From Christensenella sp. UBA5489 (GTDB lineage: Bacteria > Bacillota > Clostridia > Christensenellales > UBA1242), in assembly GCA_002424095.1 (NCBI GenBank), contig DIPL01000001.1:2184-66183 (forward strand): a stretch of 64,000 bases of DNA, given 5' to 3'. The translations under genes were made by a program, and so were the position numbers. The notes under the pieces are model-generated. The model was not told the DNA's origin, searched no databases, and saw only the letters and a program-made list of their open reading frames with translations. Shown in pieces: positions 37,590-49,272 of the stretch. Each line of letters opens with the position of its first letter. Position 1 is the first letter of the stretch.

Positions 37590-38209
37590 TGGCAAAAGTG
37601 AAAGTTTACGATATGCAGGCAAAAGAAGTTGGTTCGCTCGATCTTAAAGAAGAAATATTTGACGCACCATATAATCAGGCTGTAATACATCAAGTTGTTG
37701 TCGCACAAAATGCAAATCAAAGACAAGGAACAAAAAGCGCACTTACAAGAAGTGAGGTTCGCGGACATACAAAGAAGCCATGGAAACAAAAACATACGGG
37801 AAATGCTCGACACGGTTCGCGAAAGAGTCCAATATGGAAAGGTGGCGGAGTTGCTTTTGCACCAAAGCCAAGAGATTTTTCTCAAAAAATTAATAAACAA
37901 GTTAAATATTTGGCATTTGTTTCGGCACTCAGTCAAAAAATCAGACAAGAAGAAATCACTGTTATTGATGAAATAAAAACTGAGGGAAAAACAAAAGAAA
38001 TTGCGAATATGCTTAAAGCATTCGACTTTGATAAAAAAACATTAATTGTTGTCGGCGATGATAATGCTAATATTTTACAATCAAGTGCAAACATTCCAAA
38101 TGTTGAAATTGTAGTAGCAGACCTTTTAAATGTCGGACAAATTGTCGGTAATAAAAATCTTATTTTCTCTAAAAACGCAATTAACAAAATTGAGGAGGTG
38201 AGAGTATGA
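37589..38209 (+). CDS. rplD: 50S ribosomal protein L4
   Basis: RQGT, KKPWKQKHTGNARHG. Confidence 0.98.
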   Translation: MAKVKVYDMQAKEVGSLDLKEEIFDAPYNQAVIHQVVVAQNANQRQGTKSALTRSEVRGHTKKPWKQKHTGNARHGSRKSPIWKGGGVAFAPKPRDFSQKINKQVKYLAFVSALSQKIRQEEITVIDEIKTEGKTKEIANMLKAFDFDKKTLIVVGDDNANILQSSANIPNVEIVVADLLNVGQIVGNKNLIFSKNAINKIEEVRV

Positions 38210-38514
38210 AAGAAACAGCATATGACATTATAAAAAAACCTCTTATGAGTGAAAAAAGTTACGCAAACATACAGAATAAAATCTATACATTTGTGGTCGA
38301 CAAAAACGCCAATAAAATTGAAATAAAAAAAGCAGTTGAAGAGATTTTTAAGGTGGAAGTTGATAAGGTAAACACGTTAATAGTAAAAGGCCACGAAAAA
38401 TCACAAAACACAAAATCAGGAAGGAAAATAGGTAAAACAAAAGACTATAAAAAAGCGATTGTAACACTGAAAAAAACATCAAAACCTATTGCTTTCTTTG
38501 AAAGTTTAAGTTAA
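38206..38514 (+). CDS. rplW: 50S ribosomal protein L23
   Basis: [27 protein letters not shown]. Confidence 0.97.
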   Translation: MKETAYDIIKKPLMSEKSYANIQNKIYTFVVDKNANKIEIKKAVEEIFKVEVDKVNTLIVKGHEKSQNTKSGRKIGKTKDYKKAIVTLKKTSKPIAFFESLS

Positions 38515-38524
38515 GGAGAAGAAA

Positions 38525-39358
38525 ATGGCGATACGAAAAATTAAACCAACTTCCTCGGGAAGAAGATTTGTTTCAACTCCTACTTTTGAGGAATTGACTA
38601 AGACTAAAAAAAAGCCGCCTAAAAAACTGCTTGCAGTTAAAAAGAAAAAAGCAGGAAGAAATGTGCATGGATGCATAACAGTGCGACATCAGGGCGGTGG
38701 AAACAAACAAAGATATAGAATAATTGACTTTAAAAGAAACAAAGACAATATTCCTGCGAAAGTAGCTAGCATTGAATATGACCCTAGCCGCACTGCTTAT
38801 ATTGCACTTTTGGCTTATGCTGATGGCGAAAAAAGATATATTCTTTCACCATTCGGGCTTTCGGTTGGAGATACTGTTATGAGTGGCGAAAATGCCGAAA
38901 TCAAAGTCGGAAATTCACTTCCACTTGAAAACATACCTGTTGGCTCAATAGTGCATAATATTGAACTTCAAAAGGGCAAAGGCGGACAAATCGCACGTAG
39001 CGCTGGCACAAGTGTGCAGCTTTTAGCAAAAGAAGGAAATTATGTAACACTTAAAATGCCAAGCGGTGAAATGCGTAAAGTTTTAAAAACCTGTAAGGCA
39101 ACATTAGGCACAGTTGGAAATATAGACCACGAATTAGTTTCAATCGGAAAAGCGGGAAAATCTCGTCATTTGGGAATTCGCCCTTCCGTACGTGGTTCGG
39201 TTATGAACCCTAACGACCATCCACACGGCGGTGGTGAAGGCAAAAGTCCTGTTGGAAGACCATCACCAGTTACACCGTGGGGTAAACCAACACTTGGACT
39301 TAAAACAAGAAAGAAAAGAAAGCCATCTAACAAATTAATTGTAAAGAGAATAAATTAA
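38525..39358 (+). CDS. rplB: 50S ribosomal protein L2
   Basis: [13 protein letters not shown]. Confidence 0.98.
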   Translation: MAIRKIKPTSSGRRFVSTPTFEELTKTKKKPPKKLLAVKKKKAGRNVHGCITVRHQGGGNKQRYRIIDFKRNKDNIPAKVASIEYDPSRTAYIALLAYADGEKRYILSPFGLSVGDTVMSGENAEIKVGNSLPLENIPVGSIVHNIELQKGKGGQIARSAGTSVQLLAKEGNYVTLKMPSGEMRKVLKTCKATLGTVGNIDHELVSIGKAGKSRHLGIRPSVRGSVMNPNDHPHGGGEGKSPVGRPSPVTPWGKPTLGLKTRKKRKPSNKLIVKRIN

Positions 39359-39402
39359 AAAATTAATCAAAAAACAAAACATTAAAAACTATTGGAGGAA
39401 TA

Positions 39403-39687
39403 ATGAGCAGATCACTTAAAAAGCAACCTTATGCCTTTCCGAAACTTTTCAAAAAAGTTGAAGAAATGGAAAAAAGCGGAGTAAAAAAGCCGATTAAAAC
39501 ATGGTCTCGCAGAAGTGTTATATATCCCGAATTCGTTGGCTATACATTCGCAGTGCATAACGGCAAAAAGCATATTCCCGTTTATTGTACGGCTGAAATG
39601 GTCGGGCATAAATTGGGAGAATTTGCTCCAACAAGAACATTTAAAGCACATGCAGGCAGCAAGAAAAAAGTTGCTGGTAAAAAATAA
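39403..39687 (+). CDS. rpsS: 30S ribosomal protein S19
   Basis: [18 protein letters not shown]. Confidence 0.98.
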   Translation: MSRSLKKQPYAFPKLFKKVEEMEKSGVKKPIKTWSRRSVIYPEFVGYTFAVHNGKKHIPVYCTAEMVGHKLGEFAPTRTFKAHAGSKKKVAGKK

Positions 39688-39698
39688 GGAGGCATTTA

Positions 39699-40346
39699 AT
39701 GGCTACTAGAATAAGAGAAAAGGCTGAGGCACGTAGAAAAGCGAAAGATAATCGCCCTCAGGGAATAGCCAAATATATAAGAATAAGCCCTACGAAAGTA
39801 AGGTTTGTGCTTAATAACATACGCAATAAAAAGGTTGAAGAGGCTCTTGCAATTTTAGAAAATTCAACACGAGGCGCTTCCGAACCTTTGATTAAACTTT
39901 TAAAATCGGTTATTGCAAATGCCGAAGTTAAAGGCTTTAATCGTGATGACCTTATCTTAAAGGAAACGTGGGTTTCACCCGGTCCGATAATGAAAAGAAT
40001 AAGTATGAGAGCAAAGGGACGTTCGGACCGCATATTAAAAAGAAGTTGTCATATAACAATGATTTTAGATGATGCAACAAGCGGTGTGGAAACAGCGAAA
40101 ACAAATGTAAACACAGCGAAAACAAAAGGCGAAACTGCGAGAAAAGGTTCAAAAACGGCGAAAGACTCAACAAATAAAAAAGACACGACAACGGCGAAAA
40201 CTGTTGCAAGTAAAAAGACAGAAAAAGTTGAGAAATCAGAGCCTGTAAGCGAAAAAGTTGTAGCAACCAAGAAAGTAGGAACTGCAACTGAACCTGTAAC
40301 CGAAAAAGCAACTACAACCAAGAAAGAAACAGCAACTGAAAAATAA
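39699..40346 (+). CDS. rplV: 50S ribosomal protein L22 with long K/T/A-rich C-terminal extension
   Basis: RISPTKVR, RAKGRSDRILKR; position between rpsS and rpsC. Confidence 0.95.
   Translation: MATRIREKAEARRKAKDNRPQGIAKYIRISPTKVRFVLNNIRNKKVEEALAILENSTRGASEPLIKLLKSVIANAEVKGFNRDDLILKETWVSPGPIMKRISMRAKGRSDRILKRSCHITMILDDATSGVETAKTNVNTAKTKGETARKGSKTAKDSTNKKDTTTAKTVASKKTEKVEKSEPVSEKVVATKKVGTATEPVTEKATTTKKETATEK
40092..40175 (+). repeat. Degenerate 21-bp tandem repeat (4 copies, TAK/TAR heptads) in L22 tail
   Basis: acagcgaaa at 40092 and 40113, actgcgaga at 40134, acggcgaaa at 40155. Confidence 0.65.
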
Positions 40347-40404
40347 AAAAAATAATATAAAAGCATAATTTTAAGACACAAAAATGATAGGAGGAATTAA
40401 TTTA

Positions 40405-41070
40405 ATGGGACAAAAAGTTAATCCGATAGGTATGAGAGTCGGCATAAATAAAGATTGGAATGCCACATGGTTCGCAAATAAGCAAGATTTTGCCAAGCTT
40501 TTATTAGAAGACCAAAAAATAAAAAAGTTCATTAAGAAAAAATATTTTTCTTGTGCAATTTCTAGAATTACAATTGAAAGAACAGCAAAAAGCCTTGTTG
40601 TAAATATTTTCACAGGTAGACCAGGTATGCTTATTGGGACTAAGGGTGCCGGGGCTGAAACCTTGAAAAAAGACATCGCAAAAATTGCAAAGCCGACAGG
40701 CAATCTCATTGTAAATATAAAAGAAGTAAAGAAACCTGACTTAGACTCAACATTGGTTGCTGAATCAATTGCCGTGCAACTTGAAAAAAGAATTTCGTTT
40801 AAACGTGCAATGAAACAAGCACTTCAAAGAGTTATGAGAGCAGGTGCGAAAGGATGTAAGGTTCAAGTAAGCGGTGTTGTTGATGGCGCAAATACAATGG
40901 CAAGAACTGAGCATTATATGGAAGGTTCGCTTCCACTTCACACACTTCGTGCCGATGTCGATTATGGTGTTGCCTCCGCATTTACGAACTATGGCAAACT
41001 TGGCGTCAAAGTTTGGATTTACAAAGGTGAAATAATCCCTTCTAAAAACGAAGAAAAGGGGGACAAGTAA
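40405..41070 (+). CDS. rpsC: 30S ribosomal protein S3
   Basis: MGQKVNP, PLHTLRA, GVKVWI. Confidence 0.98.
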   Translation: MGQKVNPIGMRVGINKDWNATWFANKQDFAKLLLEDQKIKKFIKKKYFSCAISRITIERTAKSLVVNIFTGRPGMLIGTKGAGAETLKKDIAKIAKPTGNLIVNIKEVKKPDLDSTLVAESIAVQLEKRISFKRAMKQALQRVMRAGAKGCKVQVSGVVDGANTMARTEHYMEGSLPLHTLRADVDYGVASAFTNYGKLGVKVWIYKGEIIPSKNEEKGDK

Positions 41071-41071
41071 T

Positions 41072-41557
41072 ATGTTGATGCCGAAAAAATTTAAACGAAG
41101 ACGTGTCCACCGTGGCAGAATGACAGGAGTTGCAACAAGAGGAAATAAACTAGCATACGGCGATTTTGGACTTGTAGCCACCGAACCTTGTTGGATAAAA
41201 TCTAATCAAATTGAGGCGGCACGTATTGCAATGACACGTTATACTAAAAGAATTGGTGAGGTTTGGATTAAAATATTTCCCGATAAACCTGTAACTAAAA
41301 AACCTGCTGAAACACGAATGGGCTCAGGAAAAGGTGCATTGGAATTTTGGGTCGCTGTTGTAAAACCTGGACGCATACTTTTTGAAATGTCGGGCGTTTC
41401 AGAAGCAGTTGCAAGAGAGGCTTTTAGACTTGCAGCACATAAACTTCCTTGTGGCACAAAGTTCATTAAAAGAGATGGACAAATAAATGAAGATGAATCT
41501 GCTGAAAAAACAGAGAAAGCAGATGAATTCAATGAAACTAAGGAGGCAGGCGTATGA
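41072..41557 (+). CDS. rplP: 50S ribosomal protein L16
   Basis: QIEAAR, RMGSGKG. Confidence 0.98.
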   Translation: MLMPKKFKRRRVHRGRMTGVATRGNKLAYGDFGLVATEPCWIKSNQIEAARIAMTRYTKRIGEVWIKIFPDKPVTKKPAETRMGSGKGALEFWVAVVKPGRILFEMSGVSEAVAREAFRLAAHKLPCGTKFIKRDGQINEDESAEKTEKADEFNETKEAGV

Positions 41558-41763
41558 AAACAACTGATGTAAGAGATATGACAACAAACGAATTAAACGC
41601 AAAACTTTCCGATTTAAAATCCGAACTTTTCAATTTAAGATTTTCACTGGCAACAGGAAATTTACCAAATAATTCACAAATAAAAAATGTAAAAAAAAGT
41701 ATTGCAAGAGTTAAAACAGTTCTAAGAGAAAGAGAAATTAAGGCAAAAGGTGCTAAGGAATGA
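41554..41763 (+). CDS. rpmC: 50S ribosomal protein L29
   Basis: ELFNLRF, IARVKT. Confidence 0.97.
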   Translation: MKTTDVRDMTTNELNAKLSDLKSELFNLRFSLATGNLPNNSQIKNVKKSIARVKTVLREREIKAKGAKE

Positions 41764-41773
41764 GGAGAAATTT

Positions 41774-42085
41774 ATGGAAAAATTAAATGTTAAATCAAAA
41801 ACAAATATGAGTGATAAACCTGCGGATACTTTAAGAAATAAAAGACCTAGCAAAATAGGTGTTGTTGCCAGCGCAGGCAAAATGAATAAAACCATAGTTG
41901 TCGCCGTTGTTTCCAGCTATAAGCACCCGCTTTATAAAAAAGTGGTTAAGAAAACCACCAAATTTAAAGCGCACGACGAAAATAACGAAGCCGGCATCGG
42001 AGATACGGTGGAAATTATGGAAACACGTCATATAAGCAAGGATAAATATTTCAGGCTTGTAAGAATTGTGGAGAAAGCAAAATAA
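41774..42085 (+). CDS. rpsQ: 30S ribosomal protein S17
   Basis: [19 protein letters not shown]. Confidence 0.97.
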   Translation: MEKLNVKSKTNMSDKPADTLRNKRPSKIGVVASAGKMNKTIVVAVVSSYKHPLYKKVVKKTTKFKAHDENNEAGIGDTVEIMETRHISKDKYFRLVRIVEKAK

Positions 42086-42153
42086 TATTAAAAATAATAA
42101 AAACTAAAAATAAATAAACAAATAAGTTTATTAAAACCGTAATGGAGGAAAAT

Positions 42154-42522
42154 ATGATTCAACCGCAAACTTATTTAAAAGTTGCCGATAACACGGGCGC
42201 AAAATCAATTATGTGTATTCGTGTACTTGGTGGCTCTTTCAGAAGGTCGGGAAATATAGGCGATGTAATTGTCGCAACAGTCAAAAAAGCAATACCCGGC
42301 GGAATGGTCAAAAAAGGCGATGTAATCAAGGCCGTAATTGTCAGAACAACAAAAGGACTCCGTCGTCCTGACGGCACACATATTCGTTTTGATGATAACG
42401 CTGCTGTGATAATCGACAACCAAAAACAGCCGAAAGGCACCCGTATTTTTGGACCTATTGCAAGAGAGTTAAGGGAAAAAGACTATATGAAAATAATTTC
42501 TTTGGCTCCGGAAGTTATTTAA
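42154..42522 (+). CDS. rplN: 50S ribosomal protein L14
   Basis: [21 protein letters not shown]. Confidence 0.98.
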   Translation: MIQPQTYLKVADNTGAKSIMCIRVLGGSFRRSGNIGDVIVATVKKAIPGGMVKKGDVIKAVIVRTTKGLRRPDGTHIRFDDNAAVIIDNQKQPKGTRIFGPIARELREKDYMKIISLAPEVI

Positions 42523-42532
42523 GGAGAATTTT

Positions 42533-43177
42533 ATGACAAAAACAGTTACAGCGCACACAGCGCAAGTAAAATTTAAAATAAAAAAAGGCGACAACGTAGT
42601 TGTTATTGCGGGAAAAGATAAGGGCAAAACAGGTAAAGTTTTGCAAGTTATTCCTGAATCAAATAAAGCCGTCGTTGAAGGCGTTAATATAGTTACCAGA
42701 CACCAAAAACCAAAAAGTGCAAAAGAAAAAGGCGGAATTATTAAAAAGCCAGCGCCTCTTCAAATTTCAAACTTAATGGTTGTCTGTTCCTGTGGAAAAG
42801 CGACGAGAGTTGGTAAAGGTGAGATTTCAGGTCGAAGTGTTCGCATTTGCAAAAAATGCGGAGCAAGTTTAGATAAAGAATATGTAAAAAACAAAAAAGA
42901 GAGCAAAAAGAAAGAAACCGAAACAAAAGAAAAGAAATCTCTTAAAAAATCGCAGGAGTCAGTTGTTGATAAAGAAGAATCGGTAAAAGTAAATGAATCA
43001 ACCGAAGAAAACGAAAAATCAGCGATTAAAAAAGAGGACTTAACTAAACAAGACACAACAAATAAATCATCTATACGACCAACCAAAACCTCTGAAAAGC
43101 AAAAAGCTACAAAAATAACGAAACAGAAAGTTTCAAAAGCATCAACTGTTAGAAGAATGTCTAATAGAGGAAAATAA
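42533..43177 (+). CDS. rplX: 50S ribosomal protein L24 with long K/E/S-rich C-terminal extension
   Basis: IKKGDNVVVIAGKDKGK, VEGVN. Confidence 0.96.
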   Translation: MTKTVTAHTAQVKFKIKKGDNVVVIAGKDKGKTGKVLQVIPESNKAVVEGVNIVTRHQKPKSAKEKGGIIKKPAPLQISNLMVVCSCGKATRVGKGEISGRSVRICKKCGASLDKEYVKNKKESKKKETETKEKKSLKKSQESVVDKEESVKVNESTEENEKSAIKKEDLTKQDTTNKSSIRPTKTSEKQKATKITKQKVSKASTVRRMSNRGK

Positions 43178-43246
43178 AAATTTTAAAACAACAAACAAGT
43201 AAAAAAATACAGTTTATAAAAGATGTAAAAAATCAAGGAGAAATAA

Positions 43247-43828
43247 ATGGCAGAAAAAATCAGACTTTATGAAATATATAAATCCGAAGTCATTCCTGCA
43301 TTAATGAAAGAACTTGGATACAAAAACGTCAATGAAGTTCCGAAAATTGTTAAAATAACACTCAATATGGGACTCGGCAACGTAAAGGATAATCCTAAAA
43401 GTTTTGCATTAGCATTAGAAGAATTGACTTTAATTGCCGGTCAAAAAGCACAACCAACTTTGGCAAAAAAATCAATTTCCAATTTCAAATTAAGAGAAGG
43501 AATGAAAGTCGGGGCAAGAGTTACATTGCGTGGTAAAAAAATGTATGAATTTTTGGACAGACTTATTTCAATTGCATTGCCACTGGTTAGAGATTTTAGA
43601 GGTCTTTCGAATAAAGCTTTTGATGGTAAAGGAAACTATTCGCTTGGGATTAAAGAGCAACTCATATTTCCCGAAATCAATTATGATAAAGTCGAAAAAG
43701 TCAGAGGACTTGATATAAATATAATAACGACGGCAAAAACTGATGCCGACAGCTTAGCGCTTTTAAAGGCACTTGGAATGCCTTTTAGAAATCAGGAGGT
43801 AAACAGTGGCAAAAAAATCATTAGTTGA
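43247..43828 (+). CDS. rplE: 50S ribosomal protein L5
   Basis: FKLREGM, RDFRG, FDGKGNY. Confidence 0.98.
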   Translation: MAEKIRLYEIYKSEVIPALMKELGYKNVNEVPKIVKITLNMGLGNVKDNPKSFALALEELTLIAGQKAQPTLAKKSISNFKLREGMKVGARVTLRGKKMYEFLDRLISIALPLVRDFRGLSNKAFDGKGNYSLGIKEQLIFPEINYDKVEKVRGLDINIITTAKTDADSLALLKALGMPFRNQEVNSGKKIIS

Positions 43829-43991
43829 AAAACAAAAAAGACAGCAAAAATTTAAGACTCGCAATTATACACGATGCGCTATATGCGGTCGTTCTCATTC
43901 AGTGCTTAAAAAATATGGCATTTGCAGAATATGCTTCCGTGATTTAGCCTCAAAAGGCGAAATTCCGGGAGTTAAAAAGTCAAGTTGGTAA
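43806..43991 (+). CDS. rpsZ: 30S ribosomal protein S14 type Z
   Basis: RCAICGR, CRICFR. Confidence 0.97.
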   Translation: MAKKSLVEKQKRQQKFKTRNYTRCAICGRSHSVLKKYGICRICFRDLASKGEIPGVKKSSW

Positions 43992-44006
43992 AAGGAGGAA
44001 AATTAT

Positions 44007-44402
44007 ATGGTAACAGACCCAATAGCAGATATGTTGACAAGAATCAGAAATGCTCTTATGGCAAAACATAAAGAAGTAAGTATAAATGCTTCAAAAGAGA
44101 AAATGGAGATTGCAAAAATTCTTGTTGAAGAAGGATATTTAACATCAGCAGTTTTGCAAGATGATGAAAAATTCAAAAAAATAAAAATTGTTTTAAAATA
44201 CACTCCGACAGGCGACAGCGTAATTCAAGGCTTAAAAAGAATTTCGAAGCCAGGACTCAGAGTATATGCGGGCAGTGATAATCTTCCGAGAGTTATTAGC
44301 GGGCTTGGAATTGCAATAATAAGCACGAATAAAGGAATTTTAACCGACAAAAATGCACGTCAAAAGAATGTAGGTGGCGAAGTAATTGCATATGTCTGGT
44401 AG
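44007..44402 (+). CDS. rpsH: 30S ribosomal protein S8
   Basis: [20 protein letters not shown]. Confidence 0.98.
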   Translation: MVTDPIADMLTRIRNALMAKHKEVSINASKEKMEIAKILVEEGYLTSAVLQDDEKFKKIKIVLKYTPTGDSVIQGLKRISKPGLRVYAGSDNLPRVISGLGIAIISTNKGILTDKNARQKNVGGEVIAYVW

Positions 44403-44509
44403 CATTTATTTTGAATATAACTGTATTTAAATATAAAATAAAAACTAAAACTTAAATTTTTAAAATTTATAAAGAAAACTTAAAACTTTGAGCAAAGAAG
44501 GAGTTAAAA

Positions 44510-45061
44510 ATGTCCAGAATAGGGAAAAAAGAAATAATCCTGCCCGATGGTGTAACTGTATCGGTTTCAGAAGACAATATAGTTTCAGTCAATGGTACTC
44601 TTGGCTCTTTGTCGCAGCAAATTGATAAATCAATAAGCGTCGTGAGCGAAGGAAATATTATAAAACTTTTACGTTCAGGCGATTCGCCAACTGAAAAAGC
44701 AAAACACGGTCTATATAGGTCGCTCATTGCGAATATGGTTGATGGCGTATCAAAAGGATTTTCCAAAGACCTTGAAATTAAAGGTGTTGGTTATAAAGCG
44801 CAAAAACAGGGGAATAAACTTGTTTTAAATCTTGGTTTTTCTCATCCAGTTGAGGTTGTTGAAGAAGACAATATTAAATTGGAATGCCCGACTGTAACAC
44901 AAATAAAAGTAAGCGGAATTGATAAACAAAAAGTTGGTCAGGTTGCGGCAAAAATTCGCAGTATAAGACCAGTTGAACCATATCACGGTTACGGTGTGCG
45001 TTACGCAAATGAGCAAGTATTAAGAAAAGTCGGAAAAACAGCAGCAAAAGGCAAAAAATAA
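44510..45061 (+). CDS. rplF: 50S ribosomal protein L6
   Basis: MSRIGK, GVGYKA, EPYHGYG. Confidence 0.98.
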   Translation: MSRIGKKEIILPDGVTVSVSEDNIVSVNGTLGSLSQQIDKSISVVSEGNIIKLLRSGDSPTEKAKHGLYRSLIANMVDGVSKGFSKDLEIKGVGYKAQKQGNKLVLNLGFSHPVEVVEEDNIKLECPTVTQIKVSGIDKQKVGQVAAKIRSIRPVEPYHGYGVRYANEQVLRKVGKTAAKGKK

Positions 45062-45105
45062 ATCAAATCAAATTAATTTTTAATAAAAATTAATAGGAGA
45101 CAATA

Positions 45106-45474
45106 ATGATAAATCAAAAAAATAAAAATCAAGAACGATTGAAAAGACATCAGCGTGTAAGAAATAAAGTTTTCGGCACGAGCGAGCGTCCTCGCCTTTG
45201 TGTTTATAGAAGTTTAAGTGGAATTTATGCACAAATCATTGATGATTCAAAAGGTATGACACTTGCAAGTTCATCCGCTTTGAATAAAGATTTAAAAGAT
45301 AGTATAAAAGACTTAAATAAAACGGCACAGGCAGAAGCCGTCGGACAAGACATTGCGAAAAAAACACTTAAATTGAAAATATCCAAAGTTGTTTTCGACA
45401 GAGGCGGATATATCTATTCTGGCAGAGTTAAAGCTCTTGCTGATGCCGCGCGTAAAGCCGGACTGGAATTCTAG
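45106..45474 (+). CDS. rplR: 50S ribosomal protein L18
   Basis: [15 protein letters not shown]. Confidence 0.98.
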   Translation: MINQKNKNQERLKRHQRVRNKVFGTSERPRLCVYRSLSGIYAQIIDDSKGMTLASSSALNKDLKDSIKDLNKTAQAEAVGQDIAKKTLKLKISKVVFDRGGYIYSGRVKALADAARKAGLEF

Positions 45475-45485
45475 GGGGAGGAATA

Positions 45486-46364
45486 ATGGCAGAAAATAAA
45501 AATGCAGAACAAAAAGCAGAAGAAGTAAGCGCTAAAAACGCTACTGCAAATGTAGAAGAAAATCAACCGAAGTCGGCTAAACAGGCGACAGAGAAAACCA
45601 CGGAAAAAACCGCTACGAAAGAAGTAAAAGCGGAAAGCGAAAAACCAAGAACATCTTTAAGAATTGATACTAAGCCAAAATTTGAAGCAACGGCTAAAAG
45701 AAGTTTTACAGACAAAGAGAGTTCCGATAATAAAGAAAAATCTGATACAACGGGAAACACCACAGCGGAAAATAAATATACTTACAGTTCAGATTTTCAA
45801 AGAAATAAGTCAAAATCAAAAGAATTTAAAAAAGGCGAAAAAAGCGAACACCGTGAAAGTCGTGGTCGTAGAGATAATAGACAGCGTGAAGTTTCCGATG
45901 TTGAGAATGTGCTTGTTTGTGTGCGCCGTGTAACAAAAGTTGTTAAAGGCGGTCGTACAAGGCGGTTTAGCGCAGTTGTTGCAGTTGGTGATAAGAAAGG
46001 TAAAGTTGGAATTGCAACAGGAAAAGCCACAGAAGTTCCGTTGGCAATTGATAAAGCAAATGCCAAAGCAAAAAAATCTATGCAACAGATAAATTTAGTA
46101 AATGGTACAATTCCGCATAAAATAATTGGTAGATTCAACTCAACTTCAATCTTATTGCTTCCAGCAAAACCTGGTACAGGAGTTATTGCTGGCGGAAGTG
46201 CAAGAGCAGTTTTAGAACTTGCGGGAATAACTGATATTGTAACAAAAATTCACGGTTCAACTAACAGTATAAACGTTGTTCAAGCAACACTTCAAGGCTT
46301 AACAGGACTAAAAACTCGTGAACAAATTGCTGAAATCAGAGGAAAATCAGTAGATGAAATTTAA
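45486..46364 (+). CDS. rpsE: 30S ribosomal protein S5 with about 130-aa N-terminal extension
   Basis: RVTKVVKGGR, GTGVIAGG. Confidence 0.96.
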   Translation: MAENKNAEQKAEEVSAKNATANVEENQPKSAKQATEKTTEKTATKEVKAESEKPRTSLRIDTKPKFEATAKRSFTDKESSDNKEKSDTTGNTTAENKYTYSSDFQRNKSKSKEFKKGEKSEHRESRGRRDNRQREVSDVENVLVCVRRVTKVVKGGRTRRFSAVVAVGDKKGKVGIATGKATEVPLAIDKANAKAKKSMQQINLVNGTIPHKIIGRFNSTSILLLPAKPGTGVIAGGSARAVLELAGITDIVTKIHGSTNSINVVQATLQGLTGLKTREQIAEIRGKSVDEI

Positions 46365-46423
46365 TTAAAAATTTCAATCGGTATAGATAACGAAAATTAT
46401 AAATCGCACAATAGGAGACTAAA

Positions 46424-46609
46424 ATGGCTAAAAATTTAAAAGTAACGTGGACAAAAAGCGCAATTGGATATAACCAAAAACAAAAAGAAATCTTGAAAGC
46501 GCTCGGATTTAAAAAATTAAATCAAAGCAAAGTTTTACCTGATAACGAATCAATCCGTGGTAGTTTATTTCACGTAAAACATTTAGTTAATGTCGAAGAA
46601 ATATCTTAA
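46424..46609 (+). CDS. rpmD: 50S ribosomal protein L30
   Basis: KSAIG, VKHLV; position. Confidence 0.96.
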   Translation: MAKNLKVTWTKSAIGYNQKQKEILKALGFKKLNQSKVLPDNESIRGSLFHVKHLVNVEEIS

Positions 46610-46713
46610 ACATTGCAATTAGATTAAAATTCTAAAAAAAATAAAGTTCAAATTTATTTTTTTGCGATTTAAAAACATATATAAATAACCTTATCAAAAA
46701 TTTGGAGGACAAA

Positions 46714-47190
46714 TTGAAAGCAAAAAATGATAAAGAGAAAATGAATATTCAATCTCTAAGACCTGCAAAAGGTGCAAAGAAAAAGCCAACCAGAGCAGGG
46801 CGAGGATATAGCGCAGGCAGAGGAAAAACCGGAGGTCGTGGACAAAAAGGACAAAACGCCCGAAGTGGTGGCGGCGTTCGTCCAGGATTTGAAGGCGGAC
46901 AAATTCCGCTCGTTAGAAAACTTGCGATTCGTGGTTTTAATAACAAGAAATTTGCAAAAGTTTATGCAATTGTCAATGTCGGAAGTTTAGAACAGTTAGA
47001 GGCAAACTCAATTGTTAATGAAGATTTGCTTTTGACATATAAAATAATTGGCAAAAAACAGCCATTCGGACTTAAAGTTTTAGGTGGCGGAGAATTAACA
47101 AAACCTTTGACCATACAAGCGAAATTGTTTTCTGCTTCTGCTAAGGAAAAAATCGAAAAAGCCGGCGGAAAAGCAGAAATCATAAAATAA
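46714..47190 (+). CDS. rplO: 50S ribosomal protein L15
   Basis: GRGQKGQNARSG, GFEGGQ; start uncertain (46714 TTG or 46741 ATG). Confidence 0.96.
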   Translation: MKAKNDKEKMNIQSLRPAKGAKKKPTRAGRGYSAGRGKTGGRGQKGQNARSGGGVRPGFEGGQIPLVRKLAIRGFNNKKFAKVYAIVNVGSLEQLEANSIVNEDLLLTYKIIGKKQPFGLKVLGGGELTKPLTIQAKLFSASAKEKIEKAGGKAEIIK

Positions 47191-47280
47191 AAACACTCTA
47201 TCTTAAAAAAACTTTAATTCAAATAAACATTCTAAAAATATAACAAAAAGTATAACTATCAATATCAAATTAAGAGGTGA

Positions 47281-48576
47281 TTGATGTTTAAGACTATTAT
47301 CAATGCGTTTAAAGTAAAGGAAGTAAGAACCAAACTTCTTATAACTCTTTTTCTTCTTTTAATTTATAGAATTGGTTGCTGGATTCCGCTTCCTGGGATA
47401 GATTTGGAAGTATTTCAAACGACAACCGAAGGCAACGATTTCTTAGGACTGATTAGTGCGGTAAGCGGTGGTGCTCTTTCAAACGGTGCACTATTAGCAC
47501 TCGGCGTTGCCCCATATATTACGTCATCAATTATCATTCAACTTATGACCTTAGCAATTCCGTCTCTTGAAAAACTCTCACGTGAAGGCGGTGAAGAAGG
47601 ACGTAAAAAAATTAATTTTTATACACGTATCATTGCTCTATTTCTCTCATTAGCACAGGCAATCGGAATTATTGTTGGCTTCGGCGGAGCATTAATGCCT
47701 GGCGTTTTGGGAGAAGGTGCTCCTGCGTGGGTTATGAGTGCTTGTCTAGTTCTAATTCTAACTGCTGGCGGTATGTTTACAGTGTGGCTTGGCGAGAGGA
47801 TAACCGACCTTGGAATCGGAAACGGAATGTCGTTATTGATTTTTGTAGGTATACTTTCTTACGCAAGTTCGACACTTTTAGGTTCAATTTTGCAAGTTGG
47901 AACAGACATTGATTATTTGTGGAATATATTAATATTCTTATTTGCTCTGCTTTTAATCTTTACATTTATTGTAATTATGGACCTTGCTGAACGTCGTGTT
48001 CCAGTTCAATATGCAAAACAAGTCAAAGGACGTAAAATGTATGGCGGACAAAGTTCATATATTCCTATCCGCGTAAATGGTTCTGGCGTATTGCCTATCA
48101 TTTTCGCAACCGCTCTTGTGACCTTTCCGCAACTTATTTCAAGCATTTTTTGGCCTGAATCGAATTGGTATTCAGATGTATTAGGAACGAATTCGTGGGC
48201 TTATATATTCTTAACGGCGCTATTTATATTATTCTTTGCATATTTTGCTGCGCAAATAACTTTTAAACCAGATGAGATTTCAAAGCGAATTCAACAAAAC
48301 GGCGGATTTATTCCAGGAATCAGAGCAGGAAAACCAACAACAGAATACTTGACAAGAATTTCACATAGAATTACTTTATTTGGTGCAATTTTCTTAGCAA
48401 TTATTGCGCTTGTGCCAAGTTTCGTGTTTAAGTTTATAGATATAAGTTCAACAGGAACACTTGTTGGTGCATTCAGTGCAACGGGACTTATGATTATTGT
48501 TTCGGTGGCACTTGAATTTGAAAAGCAACTGGATGCACAAATGATGATGCGCACCTATAAAGGATTTTTAAAATAA
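47281..48576 (+). CDS. secY: Preprotein translocase SecY
   Basis: ALGVAPYITSSII, GIGNGMS, FIPGIRAG. Confidence 0.98.
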   Translation: MMFKTIINAFKVKEVRTKLLITLFLLLIYRIGCWIPLPGIDLEVFQTTTEGNDFLGLISAVSGGALSNGALLALGVAPYITSSIIIQLMTLAIPSLEKLSREGGEEGRKKINFYTRIIALFLSLAQAIGIIVGFGGALMPGVLGEGAPAWVMSACLVLILTAGGMFTVWLGERITDLGIGNGMSLLIFVGILSYASSTLLGSILQVGTDIDYLWNILIFLFALLLIFTFIVIMDLAERRVPVQYAKQVKGRKMYGGQSSYIPIRVNGSGVLPIIFATALVTFPQLISSIFWPESNWYSDVLGTNSWAYIFLTALFILFFAYFAAQITFKPDEISKRIQQNGGFIPGIRAGKPTTEYLTRISHRITLFGAIFLAIIALVPSFVFKFIDISSTGTLVGAFSATGLMIIVSVALEFEKQLDAQMMMRTYKGFLK

Positions 48577-48641
48577 TTTTAAAATTAAAAATACTGCAAC
48601 AAATAAATTAAACAATAGTAAATTAATTCAAGGAGAAAAAA

Positions 48642-49271
48642 ATGAATATAATTTTAATCGGCCCTCCTGCGAGTGGTAAAGGCACAATGGCAAAAACAAT
48701 GTCAAAAGATTTTGGATTTGCACACATTTCAACTGGCGAAATTTTCAGAGATAACATCAAAAAAGGAACGCCGCTTGGAGATGAAGTTAAGGATTATTTA
48801 GACAAGGCTGTTTTAGTTCCCGATGAAATCACAGTTAATGTAATCAAGAAACGCATCTTAGAAAAAGACTGCGAAAAAGGAATTATTTTCGACGGCTTTC
48901 CACGTAATATGAAACAAGCAGAAATGCTCGAAACTTTCGCAAAAATTGATGCCGTAATCTTTTTAGATGTAGATCTTAGTTTAATTGAAAAACGTATATT
49001 AGGACGAAAAACCTGTTCAGTTTGTGAAAAAATTTACAACACTTCAACATATAATTCAGATACTTGCGAATGTGGCGGAAAATTATATACAAGAAAAGAT
49101 GATGATGTTGAAACAATTAGAAAAAGATATAAAATATACGAAAACGAAACCGCTCCGCTACTCGAATATTATAAAGACCAAATAACAAAATTTTCAGCCA
49201 AAGATACACCAGACCAAACCTACCAACCAGTTAAAGAATTTTTGGAAGATTTGCAAAGAAGGACTAAATAA
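48642..49271 (+). CDS. adk: Adenylate kinase (zinc lid)
   Basis: GPPASGKGT, DGFPR, Cys-containing lid. Confidence 0.97.
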   Translation: MNIILIGPPASGKGTMAKTMSKDFGFAHISTGEIFRDNIKKGTPLGDEVKDYLDKAVLVPDEITVNVIKKRILEKDCEKGIIFDGFPRNMKQAEMLETFAKIDAVIFLDVDLSLIEKRILGRKTCSVCEKIYNTSTYNSDTCECGGKLYTRKDDDVETIRKRYKIYENETAPLLEYYKDQITKFSAKDTPDQTYQPVKEFLEDLQRRTK

Positions 49272-49272
49272 A

